A stretch of 64,000 bases of DNA from Octopus vulgaris (GCA_951406725.2 OX597824.1:1364001-1428000), one strand, 5' to 3'. Shown: positions 27,755-42,018, counted from the first letter of the stretch. Translations and numbers: made by a program. Notes: generated by a model not told the origin, from the letters alone.

Positions 27755-28484
27755 TCTTTATATATATAAAACTGAGAATGTGTGTGTGTCTGTCTGTCTG
27801 TGTGTTTCCCTAAAACTTGAGAACTACACAACCAATTTCATTCAAATTTTACACATGTCTTACTTAGGGTCCATGCAGTTTCATGGGCAAAAACAAATGT
27901 TCAACTTCTTGCCTAGAGCGAGCCCATAGCAATATCATATCTTCTCCACTATTTCAGTATTACGTGTTAAAAGTGAAACAAAATTATTTCTCTATTTTAC
28001 GTCAGATGCTTTCACTTTAACAATAAAAATAATAATAACAATTGAATTATATGTAGTAAGTAATAATTAAAATCAAACTAAAGTATAATATAATGGTAAC
28101 ATACAAAAGTAAAAATAGCAATTGGTATAAAATTGCATCAATGATTTGAACTTGAATAAGTGGTTTCACATGAATGGGAATAAATTAAAAATATAATTAG
28201 CGCGCAGAAATGGAATAGTTCAGATGGATAATAAAAAATTAAATTAAAGAAAAGACTATTGTCAATAAAGTATGCAATGTAGAGAAAAAAGAAGAGCTAA
28301 CAATTCCAGTCTGTTATATATTTTGAGTATTGTTATCACTAGCGATATCAAGATATAACTTTGTATTTTGCATTTTATGTGTAGATGTATATATATAGAT
28401 GTACATGTAATATGTACACATATATATACACATATATACATGCACTAGCACTATGATCCGGCAATGACGGGTCTTTAATGCTAG
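27755..28484 (+). mobile_element. Non-autonomous Helitron
   Basis: Starts TC after host A, has (TG)/(TGTC) repeats near the 5' end, a 3' hairpin gatccg-gcaatga-cgggtc (28455-28473), then CTAG followed by host T. Confidence 0.8.
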
Positions 28485-29579
28485 TATATATATATTTATA
28501 TATATATATATTTATGCTTAAGTACATTCGGATGTACACACGTGTTTATCTATCTACCTACCTATCTATCTATCTGTCTATCTATCTATCTATCTATCTA
28601 GCTACATACAGACATACACACACACATACACACACAGACATATATATGTATATATGTATGAACGTATCTATTGTACAGTCACTCAGGCATACACATATTC
28701 TTATTTGTGACGCATGTAGATGTTTGTGTGTGTGCTGTCTGCAGGTGTCAGCATGCCTTATGTTTTCTAGTGGCCCGTTTACATCGACAGAGACAATACA
28801 TTTCCTAATGTACTGTGTTTTGCACCAGGTGAAACGTCACCTTCCACTAAACGCTGACGGTTATCTTAAATAGGAAATATCAACAGAAGTACCTTTTTAT
28901 GGAATTTCTTTCTATGGAATAATAAAATCTAGCTTTTTTAAAAACCTGTGAATATTATGTTACTTTTGAATATTAATTAAGTTTCTGTTCGTCTTATGAT
29001 GTTTTGAAAGAATGTGTTTACGACAGCGATGTTCTGTTTTGTTTCTATGCACATCCGAAGGAATAATCGATTCGATATTTTACTTTTAAACACTATCTAT
29101 TTTAATCTATCACATGCACCATAAAATCACAAACCAAATAGAATTAAAAATTGATTTAGACACGGGTGCGCACATTAAAATTTGCTGCAAAGAAAGACAT
29201 CAATGAGGAGCATCAAAAACATGAAGACTTTCTATATGCTCTGGCTTTGTCCGGTTCGCGGTAGAGTTTCGAATTGCGATGAATTAGTTCCGCGATAGAG
29301 ATGTATGAAATGATAAGATGTACCATTCCGAGGTTTTGTCTTTCGTTTGAAGAAGTGAAACAATAGAGAACGTGTTATATATTTAGTGCCAACTACCAAA
29401 ATCTATGGATTCGCCCAGCATCCAACAAATGCAATGCCGACAATTTGTATTTATTTTCTTCAGTTTAAAACTGTAGACGATGTTCAAGAGCACAGAATGG
29501 TACATTCTTCATCTCTTACGACTGGAGAATTGATCGAATTCTAAAAGGGCCACTTCGACTTCGAAATTGAATGGTGTGT

Positions 29580-29611
<32 letters not shown>

Positions 29612-29621
29612 CTGTGTGTGC

Positions 29622-29664
<43 letters not shown>

Positions 29665-29668
<4 letters not shown>

Positions 29669-29800
29669 TTGTCCCAAAAGTTCGTAAACACTTCCGAAAA
29701 TTGAATTTTTACTCGCCAAGTACTAACAAAAACAACAAAAATTATTCCTCAAAAGAAAGACCATTATTTTCCAAGACTTTCTACGAACTTTTGGGACAAG

Positions 29801-29803
<3 letters not shown>
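29665..29803. mobile_element. Tc1/mariner-type MITE in (TA)n
   Basis: TIR aggttgtcccaaaagttcgta / tacgaacttttgggacaagct with TA flanks. Confidence 0.8.
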
Positions 29804-29849
<46 letters not shown>

Positions 29850-29863
29850 TTTTGTGTGTATGC

Positions 29864-29920
<57 letters not shown>

Positions 29921-30011
29921 GAGGGGCCATGGGGATATTATTCCAAACTTACAGGGAAAAATGGTATAATTTAATTTTTCATTATTGAATTGATAAAAGG
30001 TGTCTTTTCTC

Positions 30012-30063
<52 letters not shown>

Positions 30064-30632
30064 GTGTGTGTGAGTGTGTGCGTTTTTACGCGCACGTGCA
30101 ATGTCATTAGCGAAATCCCAGCACAACAACCAGGGAAGAATTTATAAAAAAGAGTAAAAGAGATATAAATATATATGTACACATATATTCACACACGTAC
30201 ACACGCACACCCACAAGCGCACACACGCGCGCACACACACGTACACATACACACACACACAGATTCACACACATATACACTCATAAATTTGTGGAATATT
30301 CTAAGGAAGGAATATATACTAAAAAAATATTGAAATCTTCGAAATTGCAAAAAAGCAGCTAAAATTTAAAGAAATCGTTAAGATAGATTTATGTTAAAAT
30401 AGAAATTTCCAATTATAATAGAGAAATTAATTTTCGCGTATTTTTAGCAGAAGCCTCAAAACAAATGGAAATAAGTTACCGTTTAGGCCAATGGTTCTCA
30501 GTGAATATCCACAGGGCCCCTGGGGGTCCCGAGGCTACAGTATAATTGTTGTGGTAAAAATTTATCTGCAATAAATTTGTTATACTTCTACCACAAAATA
30601 CTTTAACATATTTAAAAAAAATACAATTTGCT

Positions 30633-30867
30633 TCTTTTACTTGTCTTACTTGTTTCAGTCGTTTGACTGTGCCCATGCTGGAGCACCACCTCTAGTCGAA
30701 CAGATCGGCTCCAGGACTTATTATCTGTGAGCCTAGTATTTATTTTATCAGTCACTTTTGCCGAGCTGCTAAGTTAAGTGTACGTAAACACGACAACGCC
30801 GGTTGTCAAGAGATGGTGGAGGACAAACATGGACACTCAGGTACACACACACATACACATACATATA

Positions 30868-30910
<43 letters not shown>

Positions 30911-31091
30911 ATGTATATATATATACATACGACGGGCTTTTTTTAGCTTCTGTCTACCAAAGCCACTCACAAGTCATTGGTCGGTCCGAGGCTATAGTAA
31001 AAGACATTTGCCCAAGGTGCCACGCAGTGGGACTGCTCAACCCGGAACCACGTGGTTGAGAAGTAAGCCTCTTACCACAGAGCCACTCCTG
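30633..31091 (-). mobile_element. SINE family A, near full length
   Basis: Reverse complement of 50780-51163 from tail (tcttttacttg...tttcagtc) to head (ccacagagccactcctg). Confidence 0.9.
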
Positions 31092-31407
31092 TTGTTGCAT
31101 CATAAAAGTATAAGAGGATTTTTCTAAACACCAACTGGCTTAGGGTGGGGTCCACGCGAATAAAATCGGAGCCAAAGGTGTGCATATGAAAAGATGTTTG
31201 AGAATTACAGGCTTAGGCGAGGATACGTCAACGCTGTATAAGTTTGGTTACAATTATGGAGAGATAATGAAGAACGAAGACAAAACAAAAACAAGCAAAA
31301 GATAAACAAACAACCCAAACCCCTAAACCAAAAACGATGGGATAAGTTCACAATAAGGTTTTCATCTTGACGCTCGTTGGAAGACTTGTTATCAATGATT
31401 TTAGCCG

Positions 31408-31857
31408 AGTGGCGAGCTGGCAGAAACGTTAGCACGCCGGACGAAATGCTTAGTGGTATTTCGTCTGCCGCTACGTTCTGAGTTCAAATTCCGCCGAGGT
31501 TAACTTTGCCTTTCATACTTTCGGGGTCGATTAAATAAGTACCAGTTGCGTACTGGGGTTGATATAATCGACTAGTCTCCCTAGCCACAAATCGTTCAGA
31601 CCTTGTGTCTATAGCAGAGAGGATAATTAATGATTTTAGCAAGGCGGCAAGCTGGGAGACTCGTTAGCAGGTCGGTCGAAATGCTAAGAGGTATTTTGTC
31701 TGTCTTCATATTCTGGGATCAAATTCCGCTGAGGTCAAATTTTTCTTTCATCCTATCGGGGTCGATAAATTAAGTACCGAGTGCAACATTGGGGTCGATG
31801 TAATCGATTAACCTCCCCACCCCCAAAATGTCAGGCCTTGTGCCTTTAGTAGAAGGG
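31408..31857 (+). mobile_element. Two tandem SINE family B copies (Meta-domain-like body)
   Basis: ggcgagctggcagaaacgttagc...gagttcaaattccgccgagg...tttcat.ctttcggggtcgat occurs twice (31408-31620, 31643-31857). Confidence 0.88.
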
Positions 31858-32511
31858 TTGATGGCTTTAGTGTTTCTGACACAGCCCTACGTCGGATCGA
31901 AGGGGAAAAGAAGCATAAGATCAAAGGAAATTGGAAACGGTAAGAAGAAGAAAAAGAAGGAGGTGTTAAGATCAATACCAACTTGAGATGCCATGTGTGA
32001 GTTCGCCAAAATGCTTGGCCAGTATCTGGCTGTAAAGGATTAGTAGAATAAAAGGGGGGGGGGGATATTAGCAGAAGGAAGAAAAGATAAGGTGTTTGTA
32101 GGTTTGTTCGTGTATGGATGTCTCTATGTGTGAATAAGTGTTTCTGGGCGAGGAATATGGGGAAATAGTGCTGGGTTCTTTGTGTGAAAGGGGGTATTGT
32201 GGGCTTAAAGGCATAAGTCAGTTATTGATGCATGGGAGTCTGTGTGCTTGTGTGTGCATACATATATATTTATGTGCATATAAATCCATAGGTATATGTG
32301 CAAATGAATATGCATGCTTGCACACACAAACACACACTCATACACACACATTCACACACAGACATACACACACACATACACATGAAACATTTTGATAAAA
32401 AAACAAGATGCAATAAATACCATTTACTGCCCAAGCACGTTTCGCCATTTTGGCAATTTTCAATCGCACATATTAGTGTACAGCAGACAGGAAAAGCAAT
32501 GCACACACACA

Positions 32512-32565
<54 letters not shown>

Positions 32566-32990
32566 AACACACATATATATATAAACACACACACACGTAT
32601 ATATATATTTAAATATATATATATATGTGAGTGTGTGATGGCTTATGTATAGAAAAAGCATTGTTTGGAAGTGACTTTTCATAAACAAGATGTGATGTTA
32701 TGTTTGGAAGCGATTTACATTCTTAAAATATCCCAATACACATAATACATTGCAAAGACCCACTCATGAGTAGACTTCAGTTAACAATAAATACGTAGCT
32801 AAAGGATAAGTCATTCTGCATAGAACTCTTAGAAAATAACAGCCTTCCTTTACAAATCGCATATATACCAGTTACATGCAAGTATGAGTGTGTATATAAT
32901 CGTGTGTATATGAATGTGTGTGTGCCTATATGGTTTACTGGAAAGCACAGCAAGTAGACTGAGACGAAATGTATATGTACATCTATACAG

Positions 32991-33045
<55 letters not shown>

Positions 33046-33137
33046 TATACATAAATATATATATATATATATGTACATATATATATGCATACATATGTAT
33101 ATATATATATACATACATATATATATATATATATAGG

Positions 33138-33193
<56 letters not shown>

Positions 33194-33243
33194 TATATAT
33201 ATATGCATACATATTTATATATATATATATATATATATATCTA

Positions 33244-33279
<36 letters not shown>

Positions 33280-33677
33280 TCTATACGTATATGTGCCCGT
33301 AAATAGTAAGGTGTATAGAAAGCGATGGCAATGACGATGGTGATGATTGTTCTGATGGTGTTGGTTTGTACTGGATTTGGTGGTAGCGATGTCGGTGATG
33401 GGGAAATAACTTGGAGTCAGCCGAATGTATAAACCAGGATATTGGTATATGAAGCAGTGAATGTAAACTTAAATACTCACTTAAAATTAACTGGAGCGTA
33501 ATGTTTGCAAATACCAAAAAAAAGTTGTTTTATCTTGTAAAATAGATTTTTAGGAAGAAGGTAAAAAAAAAACCTGTATTTTCTCTTTATTTGATACAAT
33601 TCTCACAGTCAAAATTCTGTATGATAACAATTGATTCTATTGGTATTTTCGTATATATACATACATACATACATACA

Positions 33678-33742
<65 letters not shown>

Positions 33743-33743
33743 T

Positions 33744-33831
33744 ATTAAGGATTACTCTGTACTTCGTATAGTGCGTGTGTATATATATATATATACACAC
33801 GCACTATACGAAGTACAGAGTAATCCTTAAT
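33744..33831. repeat. Perfect 88 bp palindrome centred on (AT)7
   Basis: attaaggattactctgtacttcgtatagtgcgtgtgt-(at)7-acacacgcactatacgaagtacagagtaatccttaat. Confidence 0.92.
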
Positions 33832-33891
33832 TTGTTCTTATATATAACTTGACATCAGAACAAGCATTATTCAGAACAACACACACACACG

Positions 33892-33956
<65 letters not shown>

Positions 33957-34093
33957 AGGTTATGAGAGGTAATAGTGTCAAGAGACCCAAAGTTGTCAGG
34001 TAATGCTGAGTAAGTGCTATGGACTGACTATATTTAGGTTCAAGGTTCGATAATGATACAAATGAGAAGTCCAACGTGGGCCATATATTAGCA

Positions 34094-34141
<48 letters not shown>

Positions 34142-34142
34142 A

Positions 34143-34301
34143 AATTAACAGAATCAGATTAAAAAATCCAAGGCTGTCAAAGATTTCAGAACATTTATAA
34201 AGAGATCTTACAAAATATCCTGGAACAGCTGTAAGATCTTTTCTTTATAAATGTTCAGAAATCTTTCTCAACCTTGTATTTTTTATCTCATTCTGTTAAT
34301 T
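34143..34301. repeat. Imperfect fold-back (~70 bp arms) between (TA)n tracts
   Basis: aattaacagaat...aaagatttcagaacatttataaag.agatcttaca versus tgtaagatct..ctttataaatgttcagaaatcttt...attctgttaatt. Confidence 0.8.
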
Positions 34302-34313
34302 ATATATATGTAT

Positions 34314-35165
34314 AAAATTTGAGCTGATGCATTTTGGAAGAAATTCCTCACTAAAACAGCCATACTCTCTTCCTTCAGGGGAACCGCTCACACCCTCTAA
34401 CAATATCAGAGACCTGGGTGTAATTGTTGATGACGATTTCAGATGGAGTGCACACATCAACAATAAGGTCGATATAGCTCGTAGGATGAGTTCCTGGATC
34501 TTAAGAACTTTCCGGTCCAGAGAACAAGGTGTTATCATACCACTTTTCTCCTCCTTTGTACGGCCACACCTCGAATACTGCTGCCCAGTGTGGTCTCCCC
34601 ATACAAGACAAAACATCTCGAGGATTGAATCACCCCAGAGGGCACTCACTAAACGAATTGCAGGCATGGCTGCTCTCGATTATTGGGACTGCCTTAAAGC
34701 CTTGAAACTCTACTCTCTCCAGCGTCGCCGTGAGCGGTACATCATTTGTACGATGTGGAGAATATACCTCCAACTTTGCCCAAACGACCTGAACATTAGC
34801 TTCAAGGTTCATCCAAGACTGGAACCACGGGCCATACTTTCCCTGCCCAATTCAAGATCACAGCATACATGTACACTGCAACATAATTTCTTTTCCTCAA
34901 CAGGCCCTGCCCTATTTAACATTGTCCCGAAAGACATCAAAGAGGAAAAGGATCCCATCAACTTTAAACGGAGTCTGGATAGATTCCTTCAAGGAATACC
35001 AGATAAACCACCCATAATTGGATACAACTCACCCAACAAAAACTCACTACTTGAATGGACCATAAACAAAACTTGACTTAAACAGGATTTAGATAATCCT
35101 ATCAGGTGGTGCTATTAAGTTAGACATGGCCTGGACCAATCTTTGGTCGAAACATATCTAAGTTT
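34314..35165 (+). mobile_element. 5'-truncated CR1-group LINE (C-terminal part of ORF2, 34327-35076, plus 3' tail)
   Basis: Motifs HFGR, RDLGVIVD, VRPHLEYCCPVWSP, YSLQRRRERY and FKRSLDRFL are typical of CR1-like ORF2 C-termini; frame uninterrupted. Confidence 0.9.
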
Positions 35166-35258
<93 letters not shown>

Positions 35259-35903
35259 GTATGAATGTGTATATATATATATGTATATATATAAATATAT
35301 ATGAATGCATATATAATTATATATATGTATACATATACGTATGTATATATATTTATATATATACGTATATGTATACGTATATATATATATATATATATAT
35401 ATGCATGAAAGTTTCTTCATATTACTAGTAGAAAGTTACATGGCGCATATACTGAATGTTATTTTTCTTATGTTTTTTTTTCTACATTCATATATATTTC
35501 ACTGTTCTTATTTTATATGGTTATTATCTGAGATGCTTTTCTTTTATACAAGTATTGGATTTTGTGTTAAAATTAATTCTGAATTCTTTGACTGGAAACA
35601 TTGAATGTATTCTGAGCAATACTAAGATACAATACTGTTATACTGTACGTTCGGGTGACCTCTACTCAACTCCTGACGTCTAAACCTCTCCCTCTATATC
35701 TACGTATTTGACTAGCCTACTTCATCGTTTGGGGGCGCCCACACAACAAATATATACACACAAAGCTTCAAACGTCACCATCTTATAATGCAGAATAAAC
35801 TCTGTGTGCTTGTGTATTCTCTAGATACTTCTTGGGGCAGACCATATCCTTTTACCTCTATCTATATATCTATCTATCTATCTTTCTATCTACGCATCTA
35901 TTT

Positions 35904-35936
<33 letters not shown>

Positions 35937-37548
35937 TATACACACACACACACTTGTTTTCCTCTCCATATTATATATGTATGTATATATACATACATCT
36001 ATAAATATGTATGTATCTATGTATATGTGTCGATATAATGGCCATATTTCATGTAATTCGAAAATTATTTTAAAAAAAGAAACGACATGAAGCCGTCCTC
36101 ATGTAAGCATCACCAAGTGATGATTGCGTGTAAGGTTTATAGGTTATATTACACGCTTCAAATTTGTGAACGCGTGAATTACAACACGCAAAGTTATATG
36201 AATCCCTGTGAAAATATTTTGACATTAAATTTATATTTCTTTTCGTTTTGTTTTTTCAGCATCAGACTTAGCTTTTCCTATACACCTGAAAAAAAAAAGA
36301 AAAAGAAAAAAAAAAGAAAACAAAAAGAAGAAACAATATACCAATCGTTGCTGCCGAATTCTTTATTTTTAAAGCAGAAAGTGAAAGTAAAAAGAAATAA
36401 AACTAGAGACACAACTGTGGCTGTTTCTTTTACTTTTACTTTTTATGTAATATAAAATAATTCAGCTCTACCGAATTCTAAATAATTCATAGAACATCAT
36501 GAAGAATTCAATGAAAAATTGAGATTCAAATGTCACAAAGTCTTGTAGCATTGCATTATTGCAACAACGGTGATTTGCTATATTCACTCTCTTAAGTCAT
36601 GAATATATTTTTTCGTTAAAGATACCTATTGTGTCTAATTTCATTTTTGTTATTCTGACAATGAATCGTAATTTCTGCAACCAAAAATATCAACTAATGA
36701 TGTATGGTTATGCAGAACATCACTCTAAATTCCCACAAAATGCCTTCTCAATAGGCCTTGTGTATTATATCGAAGCATACCTTTTCTCCTGACGAAATCG
36801 AAAGAATCTTAAACGAAATTGTCGTTGACCTACATGACTAGTGCTACCTTTAGAATGATTGAAATTTGTAGGTAACTGACTTTAAGATAAACCTAGATCC
36901 AAAACATTTTCTTCAATACTTAAATACTATATTATTGATTTCTAACATTATCACAAGACCACAAAAGTAAGGATGCGTGAGGTCGATTAAATCGAACGCA
37001 GTACATGACTGTTACATATTTTATCAAAATAGGTTTGATTTAACCACAGAATTTACAGGAGATAAAAGAAATTAAAGAAAGTGTTCTGAAGTATTTAGTA
37101 TAATTATATAATATATCTTTATGTGTATTTTAAATGCAGCTTGTAGGGTGGCACACTGACTTCATTAATAACTGAGTCAAAACCACAAACATCTCGATTC
37201 CTTGCAACAGCATCACCTTCACCGGAAGAGTGAAACATTATTAGCGCTGCCGGGGAAGCATTTTATTTTTACTGACATTGGTTGCAGCACGCTTTCTGTC
37301 ACTGACATACATTAAGCCGGAAAGTCAGGTAATGACGAGTGGTAACAGAAAAACATAAATATATTAATTGCGAAAATTATTTCAGTATGCCGAAAGAAAA
37401 AAAGGTGTTACATTCAATAAAATGTAAACTACATAGCATTTAGAATGAAGCACGCGCATACACAAAGGCATGCTTCTATCTGTCTATCTATCTATCTATC
37501 TATCCATCTATCTATCTATCCATCTATCTATCTATCTACCTATCTATC

Positions 37549-37634
<86 letters not shown>

Positions 37635-38079
37635 TGGATGGATGGATGGATAGATAGAGAGATAGAGAGATAGAGAGATAGAGAGATATAGATATGACGT
37701 ATTGTGTGCGGATTTAGTCTGCCGCCCGTTTATCCGTTGACAAATTTTATCTTACATTATTACATTGTATTAATTGATACTTACACACAAACATATATAC
37801 ACATGTTCATGCATATACATAAACCTACATTCATATATACGTACATAAATACACAAATGCATACATATGTACACCCACTCATGTTTTAACTGCTAGAGCA
37901 GCCAGGAAGTATGGAGCTGTATAAAGACTACTAATGGGAGGGGGGAAGCAAAAGAGTGAAGAGCCACCGGAAGCTGGCCGTAATGCGACTAGACAACGAG
38001 AACGAATCTTTTGTCATACAACATAGATGTGTTATCAAGGTATTAGAATTAGTCAACGTTCCAAAATGAATAGTGGTAG

Positions 38080-38540
38080 CAACTATTCAGCATCTAACCA
38101 TGATTGGGAACGTTATTTTCCTTCTTAGATTTGATAACAAACAAATCAAATCTGACATAATACATTATGAAAAAGACAACATGCTGGGCAATAGATTGAA
38201 AGTCTTGCTCTGTCTCCTCGCCTTTCAATGTCTTATTAAACCTACTCACAAAAGAATAAAAATGTATTGTTTATACATATAGATACACAGAATCAAGAAT
38301 GATATCTCGTGTCTTTCTTATGACGACCTAATGCTTTATGGGATAAATATTGATAGCGTTAAAAAAAACCCATCGGATTTTATAACTCAGCAATTCACTG
38401 GCATTGAAGTAACAGTTGAAGAGTACAAAAGTGCAGCGTTGAAGATAAAACAAAGGAAAGGTCTGCCCTTATCTAACGCGAACATGTTGACAGTAAAGCT
38501 TTGCCTGATACTGAGAACTACAGGAGTCACTCGCATGGAT
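38080..38540 (+). pseudogene. Decayed non-LTR reverse transcriptase fragment (R4/Dong-like)
   Basis: YDDLMLYG (YxDD-like) at ~38320 and [11 protein letters not shown] resembling KCAxxxIKRGK; frameshifted. Confidence 0.45.
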
Positions 38541-38614
38541 ATACACACACACATATAAATATATATATACATATATATGTATGTAAATGCATATGCACAT
38601 ACATATATACATAC

Positions 38615-38700
<86 letters not shown>

Positions 38701-38707
<7 letters not shown>

Positions 38708-39253
38708 TTACAAAGTCTCTCTAAAAGAGAACAACGGCAGCGTTTCCGGAAAATAATAGTTATCGCCATACTAATATGGCATTCTTATAAAAATAAGAAT
38801 AAAGCTGTCCGCTTATTAGCTCCATGAGGCCATCGCCTTAAGTTAGCTATTTGATACACAAACTGTATCCATATAACCTTCGAACAATATTTTCCGGGAA
38901 CGCTGCCGTTGTTCTCTTTTAGAGAGACTTAGTAATTTTAATATTTCTATTATTGAAAACAAGTGGATGTATTCCACCGAAGCTAGGTAAATAAAACCTT
39001 CGAACAGAGATTGTCAGAAGCGACACCTACTGGTCTGGCTACGCTGCATTGAAAAGGGGCAATACCCCGAAACGCGTCTGTAGCTGCCGGTCAAGTAGTG
39101 TGGAGCGACTGACCTCCCTTGTTCGAAGGTTATATGGATACAGTTTGTGTATCAAATAGCTAACTTAAGGCGATGGCCTCATGGAGCTAATAAGCGGACA
39201 GCTTTATTCTTATTTTTATAAGAATGCCATATTAGTATGGCGATAACTATTAT

Positions 39254-39257
<4 letters not shown>
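38701..39257 (+). mobile_element. Penelope-like pLTR-type element with interleaved inverted repeats (A-B-A'-core-B') in (TA)n
   Basis: A 38701-38755 / A' 38888-38942. B 38749-38887 / B' 39119-39257 (139 bp, apparently identical). Core carries an HHR motif. (TA)n on both sides. Confidence 0.75.
39043..39084 (+). ncRNA. Minimal type I hammerhead motif with variant core
   Basis: GCTGCA-TTGAAAA-GGGG caata CCCC-GAAA-CGCG-TC-TGTAGC: palindromic CGCG stem III and GUC site, but 2 mismatches to CUGANGA. Confidence 0.65.
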
Positions 39258-39312
<55 letters not shown>

Positions 39313-40016
39313 CAAACATAAATACATACATATATATATATACATACGTACATATATATGTGTGCATGTGTGTATTTGTGTGTGTGTGTGTGCGTGTGTG
39401 TGTGTGTGTGTGCGCGTGTGTGCGTAGTCTACAGATGAGATCCAGAAATCCTCAGCGTAGAAGACATTTGGTCGTGCTCAAAAGATTCAAACATAGACTC
39501 CGATGTCTTTACAGGGGATCGATTTCACAGGATAAAGAATGGCTGTTAGAGGAATCAAGTTGAGCGGGAATAAAGGCAATTATACAGATAAACAAATGAG
39601 ATATATTAAATTTAAGAGTTTGAGTTTGGCATACGAAACATGTCTATATGTTTACATGGCAAACAAGTGAAAGTAAAAGATGGAAACATTCAGACGATGA
39701 ATATTTAAGTACAGTTATGAAGATATTTATATTTATAGATCGATCTTACGTAGAGTCTTCTGACTTTTATTACGCATGCTTGCCACTGGTATTAATTATT
39801 AATTTAATAATTATTACCCTGTATTTATATAAGTAAATATTTAAATATTTAAAAATAGGGTGAATTTATTCACTGCTGTACTACTTTGACTCTGTGCGTT
39901 GACTGAAGGGATTTTGATTTGAATACTTGATGTATAAAGATGAAACTAAGTGCTCATGTGTATACTTTGTATTTTCGGTGGATATTATAGTTTCATAACT
40001 ATGCCTTTTCCACTGA

Positions 40017-40110
40017 CCTTACTGACGAGCCACAGATGCTTAATTAATCAATTGATTGGCTAATTAATTCGATTTATTTGATCATTATTGGTGAAACTCA
40101 TGGGTAGAGG
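40017..40110 (+). ncRNA. Type I hammerhead-like motif with long stem II
   Basis: CCTT a-CTGACGA-GCCA...TGGT-GAA-ACTC at GGGT-A-GAGG. Confidence 0.55.
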
Positions 40111-40850
40111 CTTAACTGAGATTTTTACTCATTCAAATGTCCTACAAGCAACGTGCAATATAAGAATATATCTTTCGTGGCTTGGCTTTTGACAGCGCTT
40201 TCTAGTATGTAAGGAATCCACATGGTGATTTCCTCCCCATGTATAAACTCTTATACTCTATTATATATATATATTTGTATCGGATCGGATACGTTTAGAC
40301 ACACACGCACACACACATACTTGTGCGTGTGTGTGTGTACGTATGTATGCACACATACACACACATATACACGCATATAATATATATTCACAAAACATTC
40401 ATACATAGACACAAACTCGCGTACAGACATATACACACGCACATACACCTACATACAAACCCCCACCACATATATATATATATATATATATTCCGCTATA
40501 TATGTGTGCGCTCGTGTGTGTGTGAGTAACAAACGCACACATGTATTTTAGTTGAAAATAAAGAGAAATATTATTTACTCAAATTTCGTAATTAAGCCTC
40601 GTCAAATACGTAACGTTGTTTTAGTGTGTTGTCTCAAAGATTTTCTTTCAAGTGTAATTACATCTCAAGTTCACTACTTCAAAAATACGAGATTATAAAG
40701 CGAAGTAATCATACCAATTTCATGAAATCCAAGTGCGACTTTGCATATAAGAAGAGAAAACAGTCTTTATAATGTTGTTCTTTTATAAGCATAATGAGTA
40801 ATAAGAAAATTTATATATTTCTCAAGTATACTTCAATTGTAACTTAATCC

Positions 40851-40904
<54 letters not shown>

Positions 40905-40919
40905 TATATACAAATATAC

Positions 40920-40984
<65 letters not shown>

Positions 40985-40995
40985 CACAAATATAC

Positions 40996-41048
<53 letters not shown>

Positions 41049-41085
41049 CACAAATATACATATATATATATATATATACACAAAC

Positions 41086-41129
<44 letters not shown>

Positions 41130-41499
41130 ATATATATATATATATTATCTGGAAGTTTGTACGAATGTTAAGTATAATTTAAATATAATGTTTATAGAAA
41201 AATGTAATGAAAGGTTTTTAATTAAACACACGCTCACACGTATGTATGTCTGTATGTATGTACATTATACACATAAACATTCATATTATTGGTCTGAGAA
41301 ACTTTCTGTCTCCATCATCAACAAAATCCAGTTCAGCCTATTTTAAAATCGAATTGACTCCTCCCGCAGCCACATGTTCTTGTATAGTTTTAATATATTT
41401 TACGTATTGCTGCCATTAAGTTCGAGAGAGACCAGTAAAGTCGGCAAAAACGACATACAGCTTACTGCATGAAGCCAAATCCTGGGGTTTAAAAGTGGG

Positions 41500-41990
41500 C
41501 CTAGGGGGAGAGGTTTCAACTTCCTCTGGTCGTCCTTACAATCCTGAGGCCAGATGTGCTTCTGTTTCTGAAACGACCAAGAAAATGATAGCAATTGAGC
41601 TCACATTCCCGTGGGAAGGGGGGTGGATGAGGCCCATGAACGGAAGCTTGCCAAATATGAAAGTCTTCTGCAGGATTGCAGGGAGAAAGGATGACGGGCA
41701 TGGCTTTTCCCAGTCGAGGTTGGCTGTAAAGGATTCTCTGCTCAGTGGACACGGAGGATGCTTACAGCCAATGGAATGGGAGCAAAAGAAAGAAGGGTGG
41801 CTGTGAGCAAGAGAAAGAAGTTAAGCTGGGAGCTGTGAGGAGATGAGGAGCAGTGACTTGGCCACTTCTGCAGACCCACCAACGTGAGGATGTTACGGTT
41901 CAGAGTCGACACACCCAACGAGCGTTGGATACCATCTGCTAACATCAGCTCCTCTTTGCCAAAGCTCAATTTACTTTGGCGAACGGAAAA
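41500..41990 (+). mobile_element. 3' end of a restriction-like-endonuclease non-LTR retrotransposon (HERO-like)
   Basis: Frameshifted KKMIAIELTFPWE...AHERKLAKYESLLQDCREKG...FPVEVGCKGF. Confidence 0.75.
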
Positions 41991-42018
41991 ATCATCTCCT
42001 AGGTGTTATTAACATGCG

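Noticed and set aside
34296-34667. 123 aa minus-strand ORF
   Set aside because: It is the antisense shadow of the CR1-like ORF.
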